Below, one piece after another: positions 11,690-26,166 of a stretch of 64,000 nt of DNA. The notes below the pieces were generated by a model, which had not been told where the DNA came from, did not search any database, and worked only from the letters and a program-made list of their open reading frames with translations. The stretch's first letter is position 1; each line of letters starts with the position of its first letter. Origin of the DNA: Octopus sinensis (Eukaryota); contig NC_043011.1 of the NCBI RefSeq assembly GCF_006345805.1, positions 51,534,464-51,598,463 on the forward strand, written 5' to 3'. Both the position numbers and the translations under genes were made by a program.

Positions 11690-13190
11690 GGATAGATAGA
11701 CAAGCATAATCTGAGATGAATTAAGAATTTTTACCTAAGGATATAACATCAGACGTCTTGTCATAAAACACCTACTCAAGGGACATAACATCAGATATCT
11801 TACCATAAAACACCTCATCTATGTATAGATACAAGTATTTATGTGAATTTTCTAGACCCTGCCAACACACAGTCATTAAAATCATTTATTGCCACTTTCT
11901 CTTTCAGCTATTATTATCTATTCAAATCAGGGAAGTGGATTGGTAGGATTATTAGAGGTTCAGAAGAAATACCTCACAGTATTTCTTTTGGCTCTTAATG
12001 TCCTGAGTTCAAATCTCACTGAGGTTAACTTTGCCTTTCATCCTTTTGGAGTTGATAAAATGAAGTACAAGTCAAATAGCAAGTTGATGTAATCAAGTAA
12101 TCCTCTCAAAATTGCTGGCCTTGTGCTAAATTAGAAACCATGATATGATTATATCAGATATTTATACCTGCTTGCCCAGTTTACAAACTTATCGCTACCG
12201 ATATTTTTTGGTCGGGGAACCTTCCATGTCATCTCTCAACTTATTAGAAATAGCAGCAATATCTTTAAAAAGTAGACTTTACTATTTTAAAAGCAGAAAA
12301 GGACACATTGGCAAATATAGTTAAAGATACAGTAACCCCCAACAAAAGTCATTTCTAGGTTTGCTCAATCAGTGCTGATGCAAGAAGGATGGGTTAGCAG
12401 GGATTTATTTTTATTGCTCACGGGAGGTGGGGGGGGCTAAACATAGAGGGGACAGACAAAGGGATTAAGTCGATTACATCAACCCCAGTGCATAACTGGT
12501 TCTTATTTAATCAACCCCAAAAGGATGAAAGGCAAAGTCAAATCGGCAGAATTTGAACTCAGAATGTAACGGCAGATGAAATGCCTATTTCTTTACTACC
12601 CAAAAGGGGCTAAACACAGAGAGGATAAACAAGGACAGACAAACGGATTAAGTCGATTATGTTGACACCAGTGCGTAACTGGTACTTATTTAATCGACCC
12701 TGAAAGGATGAAAGGCAAAGTCGACCTCAGCGGAATTTGAACTCAGAAAGTAATGACAGATGAAATACCACTAAGCATTTCGCCAGCTTGCCACCTTTTT
12801 CTGTACTTGGGAAGGTAGGGATTGTTCACTCCTCAACAATATGAACCCATATCAGCACAGGCATGGCTGTGTTGCTAACAAGTTTGCTTTACAACCACAT
12901 GGATTTGGGTTCAATCCCACTGCATGACTACTTAAGGAAGTGTCTTGTATTATTGCCCCGAAATGGCTCAATCCTTGTGAGTGTATTTGGTATATTCATA
13001 CACATACACACATGAAATATTTTACGTACACAATGTTAATATTAAAATAAGAGCTACTAATAGTTTCTTGTCATGGAAACACTGTAATTGAGCAGATTTA
13101 CATAATGTGCATTGTGCCTCCAGGCAATCATCGGGCTCAGGGAACATGGTTAATTCTTTTTGAAAACCAGGACACAGACATGTATGTATG

Positions 13191-13239
<49 letters not shown>

Positions 13240-13608
13240 ATCAACCAGGCTATCAGATGTTGCTATACATCGCTGGTCACAATGCACTTTGCATTGTTTT
13301 AGCCTTGAAATGATGCCACCCCACAGGCTAAGCGAGCAGGCCAACAGAAGAAAGAGTGAGAGAAAGTTGCAGCGAAAGAGTACAGCAGGGATCGCCACTA
13401 CCCCATACCGGAGCCTCGTGGAGCTTTAGGTGTTTTCGCTCAATAAACACTCACAACGCCCGGTCTAGGAATTGAAACTGCGATCCTATGACCGCGAGTC
13501 CGCTGCCCTAACCACTGGGCCATATATACATATATATATACACACACACACATATACATATATATATAGAGATATAGCTATATATATAGCTATATATATA
13601 GATATAGC

Positions 13609-13657
<49 letters not shown>

Positions 13658-14230
13658 GGGCAAGTGTCTTCTATGATAGGTAGAGGAATGAAAACCTTTT
13701 GAGTAAATTTTATAAATGGAAACTGAAAGAACCCATTGTATATATGTATTAGCATGTATGTGTATATATGTGTATATATGTGTGTGTGAGAGAGTGGGTG
13801 TAAGTGTGTGTATGCTTGTGTCTGGTTGTCTTGATATCACATGCTAGCTGTAAATAAGTGTCACTGTCATACAAGCAATGTCATCCATTTCGAATGAAGA
13901 GAAAACACACCTGAGAAGACATGTTTGGTCATGAAGAAATATCAACTTTACATGGACGCAGGTGGAGGCTGGTAACAGAGAGGGTATCTGAATGTAGAAA
14001 ATCTGCGTCAACAAATTGTCTAACTCATGCAAGTACAGAAAAGTGGAAGTTAAAATGATAACGATGGTGATGGTGTATGCGCATATCACACACACGCGCG
14101 CGCGCGTGTGCACATGCATGTACACACTAGTTACTCAAGGCTGAGGTTACACTTCATTCCTATTCTTAGCTTCACAATTCTGAATAAAGATAGTAAATAG
14201 AATCCACTGATTCCAATAAAAGGATAAACT

Positions 14231-14269
<39 letters not shown>

Positions 14270-14912
14270 TACATATCAAAATAAGCAACAAGGATATCCA
14301 TAGGTAATGCAGTACGATCGTTTCATGCAACTCCATTTAATTGAACAATGCAATCACTACATCAATTTAAAATGCAGAGCAATCTTCAGCTGCACAAAGA
14401 CAACGAATTTAATTAAATTAGAACAGATGAACATATTATATATATATATATATATATATCTTTTATCTTTTACTTGTTTCAGTCATTAGACTGTGGCCAT
14501 GCTGGGATACCACCTTGAATTTTTTAGTTGAATGAATTGACCCTGATACTTATTCTATCAGTGTCTTTTGCTGAACCGCTAAGTTACAGGGACGTAAACA
14601 CACCAACAGTGATGGGGGAGGGGGTTAAAAACAGAGACACGACAACACATACTAACACACACACATACACACATATATATACGATGGGCTTCTTTCATTT
14701 TCCATCTACCAAATTCATTCACAAAACTTTGGTTGGCCTAAGGCACTTGCCCAAGGTGCCATGCGGAACCATCTGGTTGGGAAATAAGCTTCTTACCACA
14801 CAGCCATTCCTGTGCCTCTCTCTATATATATATGCACATATTACACACATACATACACACACATATGTATGTATGTATAAACATCCCTCCCCCGTCCCAT
14901 TTATAAATCCGA

Positions 14913-14959
<47 letters not shown>

Positions 14960-16059
14960 TATAACAATTACACAGTGAAAGAGCTATGAATGATAGCCAT
15001 TTAAAATCCACATATACTGTCATATATATTCACTTTTGTTTTATTTTGTGATGGCATTATGTACCAAAGAGTGTCAAAATACAAGACAAAACAAATGAAG
15101 TCTATTTATACTTCATCTTAAGACCTGGCCACTGACACATTTCCACTACAGCATAAATAAATAATGTTAAAGGACAAAAAAAAAAATCAATATTATTATA
15201 TGTGGAAATATATGGAAAACAAGCAAAACAAAACACAAAGAGATAAAAGTAAAGGAACAAAAAAAAAGAAGAAAAAGTAGTAAAAGACTGATATAAATTC
15301 CATTAGTAAGAATCATTTGCAAATTGTCGTGAAAGTCAAATGGAATTTATATATCTCTTAAGTGTATTAGAAAGTAAAAATATCAACTTGGAGTCAATGG
15401 AAAATCTGTGAGATTTCTACAAAGCGAGTGTAAAATGGCAGTAGAAGAGCCGTATTAAGCAGGCAGTAGCATTTCCTGATTAATGTGAAGTTATCCCCGA
15501 CGAATTACAAATAATATTTTTGATAAAAGAGAAGCGTAAGAAATAATCCATAGCCTTCTTCAGTAATGAACATGGAGAAAGCAAGTGCACAGATAGCAAA
15601 GGGAAGATTAGGGCGAGATAACATTGGAAAAGAGTGAAATCTTTAAGTCAATTCCTTGAAAGTCTATGTCTGTGGAATTATATGTGCATGCTGTTGCTGC
15701 TGTTGTTGTTTAGCTCAGGTTACCCCTGATTGAGTAGAACATTGATAAAAGACATTCTGGCCATGACCATCACATTATCCATTATGTTTTTTTTTTCTTT
15801 CTCAAGATGATAGGGTGGACAGAGATTTGGATACTGCTTTTAGCAGATCAAATGGCTGCTAAGACTCCCTTACACGTATGTATTTTTGTGGGAGAGGGGG
15901 CTAGTAAGGAAATGCAAGGAAGAGAGAGAGAGGGATAAGGAGAAAGGAGAAGAGAGATGATAGCAAAAGAAGAGAGGGGAGAGAAAGGAGGGAGAGATTT
16001 AGTTTACTAGTTTGGTCTGGAAGAAGAGACTGTATCACTAGCTTTTGTAAGAATTCCAA

Positions 16060-17160
16060 AACTGGTAAGATTAATAATGTCAATCTTCTGCTTCAACAGC
16101 AGCAAGTTGGCAGCTACTGAAAAACATGTGGACAGAGGGAATCCTAGCAAGTTGATGTTGTGGGAAGAAAGGACTAGGTATTGTGATTAATTCAGGGCTG
16201 GGGGGGGGGGGCATTATGAGAGTGATGGGAACAAGTGAGATGATAGAGTTTAGGAAGTGCTGAAGTGGAAGTAGCACAAGAGACCAGCCAGCTCCAAGGA
16301 GCAGAGGCTACTCTAGTAGTGGTAGAAAAGGCAGAGAGAGGATGCCACATGTCTGTAGTCCAGAGATTGGAGTACATTATTTGTAAGCAACTTTGTACCA
16401 AATTGATGGGTCTGTGTGTCTAGCAGCAGCAGCAGTAGCAGCACTGTTCCAGATATCAGAACAGTACACCATTGTGTATCTCATTTGAGATGTATAGAGA
16501 ATTAACAGTTGTTGATGGTTGAAATACTTTCCAGCTCTCAAAAGGATGGCCACTTTCTGAAATAGAGCTTTGCTATGATAATGATGTACGTTTACCAGGA
16601 AAGATTTTCAGTGATGGTTAAGTCTGGTATTTGAAGTGATTGTGAAGGTTCTAGTTGTATGCTGTTTATGTTTAGTGGGATGGCAGAAGTGATAACGGTA
16701 AAGTATTTACATCGTTTTACTGTTAAAAGGGATAAAATTGGTATAACCCCATTGGAAGCTGTTTTTGAAATTTCTGTTCATCAAATCAGTGCAGTTTTGG
16801 ATGATGATTGGATAGAGATGGTTTCAGACATGACGAGTGTTAAGGTCTGCATAAGAGTGGGTGTTGTTGAAGGCGAATGCAAGTAGGTCATTGATGTACA
16901 AGAAGAAGAACCCTGGGGTACACCAGAGTTGATAGAATGTGTGTCAGAGATAGCTTAATCAGCACATGCTGCAATTATATGGTATGGTTGGAAGCCACCA
17001 ACCCAAAAGATGAGAGATGAAAGGAGGCCATATGCAATCAGTTTTGACAGGAGATTTGTATGTCAAACATAGCTGAAAGCTTTGCTGATGTTTTCACTAA
17101 ATCTCTTGAGGGTAAGAACCAACTGGTGAGCGGCATTGGGTTCTAGTAGATCTGGCTCTA
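16060..17160 (-). mobile_element. Decayed CR1/L2/Jockey-group LINE reverse-transcriptase fragment
   Basis: The minus strand gives ISKAFSYV*HTNLLSKL, HSINSGVPQGS, LYINDL and HSYAD motifs, with many stops and frameshifts. Confidence 0.85.
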
Positions 17161-17921
17161 TAAAAACAGTACTATTGGTTATTATTTTCTTTTCAAGCAT
17201 TTTCTGCTTTCATTGGTGTCTTATTGACTTTATTATTTTTGTTATTGCTGTCATTGTTTTATAGTGTTTATTTGCAGAGTGAAGGTTGGGTGGCTTAGTG
17301 GTTAAAATATTTGGCTCATGATCTTAAGGTTTTTATTCCTGGACTATGTAGTGCATTGTAACTTTGAGCAAAGGCCTTTATTTCACATTACTCTAGTATA
17401 CTCAGCTGAAGAAGTGTAACAACCAAATGCTGATGCAGTTCTCTCTTCCTCCAGTTTCCACATTCTGAATGTTCTTTCTAATGGATGAAGAGTCGGAGGG
17501 TTGAGAGAATATCTAAGTCTACTTGTGGCTACAAAGACACCTAAAACAATTAGTGAAAACAGGGTCTGTGCTACCAAGCTATACTTATTGTGAGTGACGC
17601 CTGGACTTTTGTTGATAGTGATGAATCCATAATTAAGCCAAAAGAGGAATCACAAAGAAATTTCAACCATTAACTTATAGAGAATAATGACTGGGTGGTA
17701 GGGAAATATCGAGGGACATGTCCTAAATGGAAAACAATTAGTAAAGTCATGGCTAATAATGTAGTGAGCCAAGAAATTTTAATTAATTAAAACTCTATAC
17801 ATAGTGGGGGGGGGGTAAATCCATTAGCTTAATGATTAATTTCGATCAAGAAGGATAAGGGAGATAACCTCAAAATATTCATTAATTAAAATGAATTAAA
17901 AGTAGAATGTGGACATGCAGC

Positions 17922-17954
<33 letters not shown>

Positions 17955-18248
17955 GTGAGAGAGAGAGAGGGAGAAAGAGAGAGTTATGTATGTCCATCCA
18001 GATCTGTCTCCATGCTAGCCAAATATCAGGACCCCCTCTTCTTGCTGCATACTTGCACTCTATTTTTAATTAATTTAAATCCGTTATAATACCAGGGTTA
18101 CCTCCCTTACCTCTTTTAACCAGAATTAATTATTAAGCTAATGGGTTTCTGTTTTTTCTCCTTACAACTACTTCAACAGGTGTAATTTTAATTAACTAAA
18201 TTTTCTTCAGATTTTACATTAAGAACGTTAGCACTTACTTCACAAAAG

Positions 18249-18279
<31 letters not shown>

Positions 18280-18948
18280 TGTGTGTATTCATATACATAC
18301 AATGGACACTGCTTAACCCTTTCATTGCCAGATTTCTGATGAAATACACTGCCATTGTTTCAATTAATTTTGAAAATAAAAAAGTATTTAGCAAAATAAC
18401 ATTGTCATTATTAATCTGAAGTTTTGATGGACAGTTTCAATTTAGATTACTTTAACCCTTTTGTTACCATACATCTGTTGAAACGAATACACTGCTTTGG
18501 TTTAAAATAACTTTGAAAATAATGAAGAATTTAGTAAAATAACTGCCATCAATCTGGTGTTTGGAACATAAATTAACATTATATTTTGATGAAAGCTTTT
18601 AATTTAAATCACGTTAAAAGAGGAAGCTTGTATCACTCAACTCGGAGCAGTCTCGAGGGGGCTGACATCAAAAGAGTTAATATAACTATGGATAATGTTA
18701 TCAAATGGTTATTATTATCAAAATCAGTGGTGCCAAGGCACATTCAGTATATATCTCAGTATATCTAGTGCTTAATGTTATCAGCTGCTTATTTCTATCC
18801 AAAAGGTTTTGTTTCAAAGTGATCACAATAAAGTAGCTTCCCATGTATATATACATATATACATACATACATATATATACATACATACATATATACATAC
18901 ATACATACATATATACATACATACATACATATATACATATATATATAA

Positions 18949-18990
<42 letters not shown>

Positions 18991-20985
18991 GGAGGTGCAA
19001 TGGCCCAGTGGTTAGGGCAGCAGATTCGCGGTTGTAGGATTGTGGTTTTGATTCCCAGACCCGGCATTGTGAGTGTTTATTGAGCAAAAACACCTAAAGT
19101 TCCATGAGGCTCTGGCTGGGGATGGTGGCGAACCCTGCTGTACTCTTTCACCACGACTTTCTCTCACTCTTTCTTCTTGTTTCTGTTGTACCTGTACTTC
19201 AAAGGGCCAGCCTTGCCACACTGTTTAACACTGATTCTCCCTGAGAACTACATTAAGGGTATATGTGTCTGTGGAGTGCTCAGCCACTTGCACGTTAATT
19301 TCATGAGCAGGCTGTTCCGCTGATCGGATCAACTGGAACCCTCGTCGTTGCGTTTGACAGAGTGCCACGTATGTATGTATATATATATATATTTGCACCT
19401 TTTGAGATACAAACAGATATATAATTATTGCGGCTTGTATGCCAAATGTTACAACATAGATACTAGAATATAGACACAATGGCATACACACATACATCTT
19501 TTATGAATTAATATGCAACATGCTGTAATACAGTTGCCAGAATATAGAAACACAGGCCAACGCACACACACACACACACACACACATGTATGCACACATG
19601 TATGTATTGACATTTTCTTCAATAGTATTTTGAGGTCAAGATAGATGTTGTTGTTGTTGTTGTTGCTGTTGTTGTGGTAGTGGCTGTGGTGTGTGGTAGT
19701 GGCTGTGGTGTGTGGTCGTTGTTGATGTCATCTGGTTTTAGAACTAGTTGCTTCTGTCAGAAGTTGGTAACTGAAGCATTGAGATGAAGTAACTATATTG
19801 ATTGCTCCCTGCTCAATATAGCAAACAGCAGCCCACGCCACCACCAACCAACCAACCAACCAGTTTCCTCCCACTCTATGGAATCCACTTCTGTTCTGCT
19901 GTAAATGCCTGTATCTCTGTGAACTTCTGAAGGAACACTGAAGCTATATTAATGTCAACAGTTCTAGATAGAGGTGGTGGTAGTAGGAGTGGTAATTTTA
20001 GATGTTTTTACTGTTGCTGTCATGTAGCTTTGGGTCAACCCAAAGAACTGGTAGTCCTATCACCAAGAGTGTTCCAATTGTGACCATCCTGTCTTTTTAG
20101 GAGAATGTAAAACTACATTATTTAATGTGTTCTTTTCCTAATTTAAGATATGAGTACTAGTTGAAGGAGATTTGATTGTTATTTCTAGCAGGCTCGCAAA
20201 CCAATGAGGTTCTCTCATTGGCTTGATCTATTTCAAAAAATATTTACATTTGATCTGTTATTTATTGCTGTCAGTTAGATACAACTGCACTGAATTATGG
20301 CAGATTAAGTGGACTACATTGAAACATTTGTAGTTTGATTTGAACCCAGAAGAGACTAATTAAAATGTATTGGCGAGTGAAGGCTTCTCTATGTCATCTG
20401 TAGTCTTATATGAGTTATGGTTTAGAATATCCATGTGTATGCATATACACACTATCTCAAAATGTGGGCAGTAAACTTAATATGTCACTCAATTTCTTTA
20501 TATCACCATTGTGGTCCTGTTGCAAGCAATGTACACATATGCATATTCCAAACCATTGTTCACATAAGGCTACTGAACAGACAGAAACATCTTCACTCAC
20601 CAATAGATATGTTTGTTGACGAAAATTTCCTCTCTTTCTCCCGGTTCTGGAGGCCCTGATAAAGGTCGCTAATATTAACCTTCCCCATCTGATTGAGTTG
20701 TTGCTGCCACCACCACATTTTCATGCTGATTTGAGTTAGACAAGACTTACTCAGGCAATTTTTCTATGGCTGGATACTCTTCTTGTAAGGTATTTTTTAT
20801 ATACCACTGGTCCTTACCTGCAGAACTATGGGATTTTTATTTACTGAAGAACATAAACAACGTCATCATTTTTATTTTCTTTGCTCAAATTGGTAGTGTG
20901 TGTTATGCTTTACAAATTGTTTTAGGTGCCTGTGTAGTTGTGAATGGACACAGACACTCTCTTCATTCTTTCATTATTGGCCCAG

Positions 20986-21824
20986 CAGAAAATCAAGGAT
21001 GTGATAACTAAAGACAGAAAATCAAGGATGTGATAACTAAAGACAGAAAATCAAGGATGTGATAACTGGAGACAGAAAATCGAGGATGTGATAACTGGAG
21101 ACAGAAAATCGAGGATGTGATAACTGGAGACAGAAAATCAAGGATGTGATAACTAAAGACAGAAAATCAAGGATGTGATAACTAAAGACAGAAAATCAAG
21201 GATGTGATAACTGGAGACAGAAAATCGAGGATGTGATAACTGGAGACAGAAAATCGAGGATGTGATAACTGGAGACAGAAAATCAAGGATGTGATAACTA
21301 AAGACAGAAAATCAAGGATGTGATAACTGGAGACAGAAAATCGAGGATGTGATAACTAAAGACAGAAAATCAAGGATGTGATAACTAAGACAGAAAATCA
21401 AGGATGTGATAACTAAAGACAGAAAATCAAGGATGTGTGATAACTGGAGACAGAAAATCAAGGATGTGATAACTAAAGACAGAAAATCAAGGATGTGATA
21501 ACTGGAGACAGAAAATCAAGGATGTGATAACTGGAGACAGAAAATCAAGGATGTGATAACTAAAGACAGAAAATCAAGGATGTGATAACTGGAGACAGAA
21601 AATCAAGGATGTGATAACTGGAGACAGAAAATCAAGGATGTGATAACTGGAGACAGAAAATCGAGGATGTGATAACTAAAGACAGAAAATCAAGGATGTG
21701 ATAACTGGAGGCAGAAAATCAAGGATGTGATAACTAAAGACAGAAAATCAAGGATGTGATAACTGGAGACAGAAAATCAAGGATGTGATAACTGGAGACA
21801 GAAAATCAAGGATGTGATAACTGG
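20986..21824 (+). repeat. Homogeneous minisatellite: 29 units of 29 bp, CAGAAAATC(A/G)AGGATGTGATAACT(AA/GG)AGA
   Basis: Counted directly. No spacers and no ORF. Confidence 0.97.
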
Positions 21825-24344
21825 GCTGGGACTCATCTATAGCTGAGTAGACTGGTGTGTGACATGAAATGAAGTATGTTGTTCAAGGATATAACATGCT
21901 ACCTGGTCCAGGAATCAAATACCTGAATTTATGATTGTGAACCCAACATGCTAACCACCAGGCCATGGGATTTCACTTAAAACATGTATGATGTATCACT
22001 ACTACACCATATAAGATAGTAAGACTAATATTGGGCAATATATTATGAACTTCATACAGTTAATCAGATATGACTGATATACTACACCAATGCTATATGT
22101 ACACTTAGTGGATATATAATATCTGAGAAGATATTTCTAATATCTTCACACATGTAGCAGAAAATGATTGGATATCATTTATGTTATACCAGATACTATA
22201 TAGAGAACAGATTGTATATCACCAACATATAACACATCACAGAGAATGAGCAGATAGTTCTAAAATCATTTCAGATATTACAGAAAATAACTGGATATCA
22301 CCAATATTACATGATAAAATCCCATGAATGATTATATATTATCAATACATGATGTGTGTGTGTACATATATATATATATACACATATATATACCACTGTG
22401 ATGAACTGATAACACTAAAATTACATGATATATCACTCAGAATAAATGGCTATTACTGACATAGTGTCGTATACCATAATGAACAACAGGACATTGCTGA
22501 CATGACAAGATATATTACAGAGACTAAATAGTTATTAATGAAATAATATTACATATTACAATAAGTGAATGGATATCACTGCTGTTACAACATGAATAAT
22601 AAGGAATAATTGAATGGCACAAACATATCATTTTTATTTTTATGAATTAATTATGTGTGAGACTGAATGCTTTAAAGCCTCCAAAACTATGGCCTAGAGA
22701 CTTAGTCTAAATACTTACAAGAAAATGGACTTTACTAAAGTCACCCAAGATGCCAGATGTTGGTGTTACACCAAATAACAGAATTGGTTTACTACCCAAA
22801 TGTTCTATACATCATACTAAATGACTGGATTATCATTAAACAGACATCACAGGTAGCATGGGAGAATTTTCTGATAACACAACACAGCATTCTTAGCTGT
22901 ATGTAAGATTTGAGAGATCGATGTACTTGCTGAAGGAAGCACTTACAAATCTACCACGCTTAGAAAGCAGCCTTTAATAAAAACAAAATTTTTATGCTGA
23001 TTGGTGCAGTGCACAATGCATTGTTGGTGCACTGCAATTAATGAGAGCTGTGAAGCATGCACAATAGCAAGGTGCATACAATGTGTTATTGAAGTTAAAT
23101 AAATCAAAGTCTCACAGTCACCCCCCTCCCCTTGTCACACTCCCACCTTCACTCCTCCTCCCTCAATTGTTTCATTGTTGGCAGTATATCAATATTTCAG
23201 GGAAACAATTCTAACTCTTTCACACACACACACACACGTGTATGCATATAAGAATTTTCTAATAAGCAACACAGTATCACTATGTGTATATGTGTGTGTG
23301 TGTGTATCTGTGAGTGCAGGCATGCATGCGTGTGTTGAAGAGACGTAGAATTTCTTCATTTCAAACTGTTCAGTGTTGCTACTCTGAGGCTTTGCTTTTT
23401 TTGTACTCATTCACATGACAAATGAAATTAGCGCATGCGTGCGCACACACATGCACATGCATGCACACACACACACACATACACAAACACACGCACACAC
23501 ATAAGCACACACGCGCACGTACCCCTTAGCACTTATCAAGAAGATTTGTCACCTGGATCAGTGGAAAGGAAAGGCCAGCACCACTGAAATAAACGTGTGC
23601 AAGGGTTGTAAGGAAAGTCTGCAAATTTAAAATCAAGGTTGGTGGTGATGATGATGGTGGTGATGATGGTGGTGGTGGTGGTTGAGGGGCACAAGCTTGA
23701 TGAATGACGACTAACAACTTGTCAAGTTCTGCCCTTGAAGGCAACTATTGCTTTCGGTCCTGGCAGTATCCATCCTCCTCACAGCAGGGTGAAACCTAGA
23801 GTGTTGTGGCTTTATTTAGTTGCTGAAGGCCCAGCACCTCTCATGATACAGGTAGAACTGGTTTATATGACGAACAGTAGTAGATAATTTTTGATTTGGT
23901 GTGTGTGTGTGTGTGTGACTGCATGTGCGTGTTGATTCTAGGTATCTTCAAAAATACCAATTTGAGCAGAGAAAATAAAAATGATGACATAGTTTATGTT
24001 CTCCAGTAAATAAAAAGATCATAGTTCTGCAGGTAAGGACTATGAGATCACAACATCTTACAGCAGAAACGGTTGTAAGCTAATGAAGTTCATAAGATAA
24101 ACATTTATTCCTTTTTCATCTCAATTTCTTCAACACACACACGCACACACACACAAACACGCACACACGCATGCTCACACACACACACACGCACACACAC
24201 GTACACACACGCACACACACACACATTTATCTAGTTAATGAGAGATGGAAAATGGAAGATATGAGAGGTTTTATTAATCACTACCATTCATTTTATCCTC
24301 TAATATCTAATATATGCATATGTATGTGTGTGTGTAGTGTATAG

Positions 24345-24423
<79 letters not shown>

Positions 24424-24810
24424 TATTTACAGAGTTACTTATTTGATATTACCTGTATCAGAATCCACAGTAACTGATATTTTAATGTAATTATTTCAAA
24501 ACAATTTTGGGCAACATTGATATCTTATTTGAAAATATAGGTAGGATTTAGAATGATCGAATGAGAAATGAAAAAAAAAAGAAAAAGTAAAAAGAAAATT
24601 CCATCATAAGAAAACATCAATACAAATACGAAAGAAAGAGTTTAAAAAAAAACCCCCCAGTTATTTGTCAAAACGAGAAAGATGAACTGAAAAATTAAGT
24701 GACCTTTGATTCAACAGCTTCACATACAGATGTATAAACACAAACATGTGTGCAAAAGAAAAAATAATACGTATAAATACAATGCATACATACTCACATG
24801 CGTGTATATA

Positions 24811-25108
24811 TAGGGGTTGGACAAAATAATGGAAACACCTAGCATTATAGCATCATAATTTTGTAAAATCGATAAAAATCTTGTTTATTTTTATGTTTTT
24901 TTATTTATTATTAGTGTTGCTTAACATGTTTTGCTAAAATTGCTGTTTCTTTTCAGATATCATCAGAAAAAGGTAATTAAAATTCATTAAAATGACGGAT
25001 CTATCGGACTTTCCAAAAGGTCAAATTGTTGGTGCTTGTATGGCAGGCGCTAGCATAACAAAAACAGCTGAAATGTTTGGTGTATCAAGAAGTACTGTCT
25101 CAAAAGTA
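24811..25108 (+). mobile_element. Tc1/mariner 5' end: left TIR plus truncated transposase N-terminus (ATG at 24992)
   Basis: TA|TAGGGGTTGGACAAAATAATGGAAACACC TIR. Translation MTDLSDFPKGQIVGACMAGASITKTAEMFGVSRSTVSKV matches the Tc1 HTH start. Confidence 0.9.
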
Positions 25109-25597
25109 CTTTTTGATACGACTCTCTACTCTATACTGTTTCCTTCCTCTTTCCCTCTCTAATTCCCTTCTATCTGTCTGTCTCCCTCTCTTCTCCTCTT
25201 TCTCTTTTTTCTCTCTCTTCCTCTCTTGTTGTTCACACGCAACCATCGTCCATCTTTCTTTTCCTGCACAGATGTGTTTTTTTTCTCTCTCGCTTCTATC
25301 TTTTCTTTTTTCAAAAAACAAGTTTCTCCCAGCATTCACTATTTTCTCCCATTCTGCTCTAACGACCCTCCATGTTTGTTTACATTCAGTTTCCTTGTAT
25401 GTCTCCACTGTCCTGTTTTTGCTCCCATCTTTGACCCTCCATAGATCCTAAATTTTATTTTAGAAGTTATGGGAGCAACTGTCTTTGAAGACTCATATTG
25501 TCACTGAATGCTTGAAATGAGGAGTAGATAGACTGCCAACAACTGATGAAGAGTCCTTTCTCTCTGTTTACTTTTCCTGTTTTCTATTTTTTTCTCA

Positions 25598-25667
<70 letters not shown>

Positions 25668-26134
25668 ATATATTTATATATACATACATACACATACATA
25701 TACATATATATACACGCACATATACATACACACACACACACATATATTTTATATGCGTGTGTAAATGTATAAATCAATTATTTATATTCAAACTAGAATT
25801 CCCATGAAAGCATGTGTTTCCACCATACCTGAAATTACAAATACTTTCACATCAACATACACTCGTGTTCATTCATACATATATACACAGATAAATACAT
25901 ATTTATACATATAAATACATGTACATATACATGCATACACACATGCAATTATCATCATCATCAAATAATGTCCCTTTTTCTATGCTGGCATGGGCTGGAC
26001 AGGTTGTCAAGAACAGCTGAGCCAGAAGGTTGTACCATGTTCTATGTCTGCTTTGGCAAGGTTTCTACAGCAGGATGCTCTTCATATATGTGTGTGTGTG
26101 TGTGTGTGCATGAGTGTGTGTGTGTGTGCATGTA

Positions 26135-26166
<32 letters not shown>

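Noticed and set aside
18336-18385. CTGATGAAAT...GAAA
   Set aside because: It lies in a piggyBac MITE and has no stem II or III pairing and no cleavage triplet.
20986-21824. CRISPR-like appearance of the 29-bp array
   Set aside because: Units are directly adjacent with no unique spacers, there are no cas genes, and the context is eukaryotic.
25543-25560. CTGATGAAGAGTC as a hammerhead start
   Set aside because: There is no closing stem II strand or GAAA downstream.
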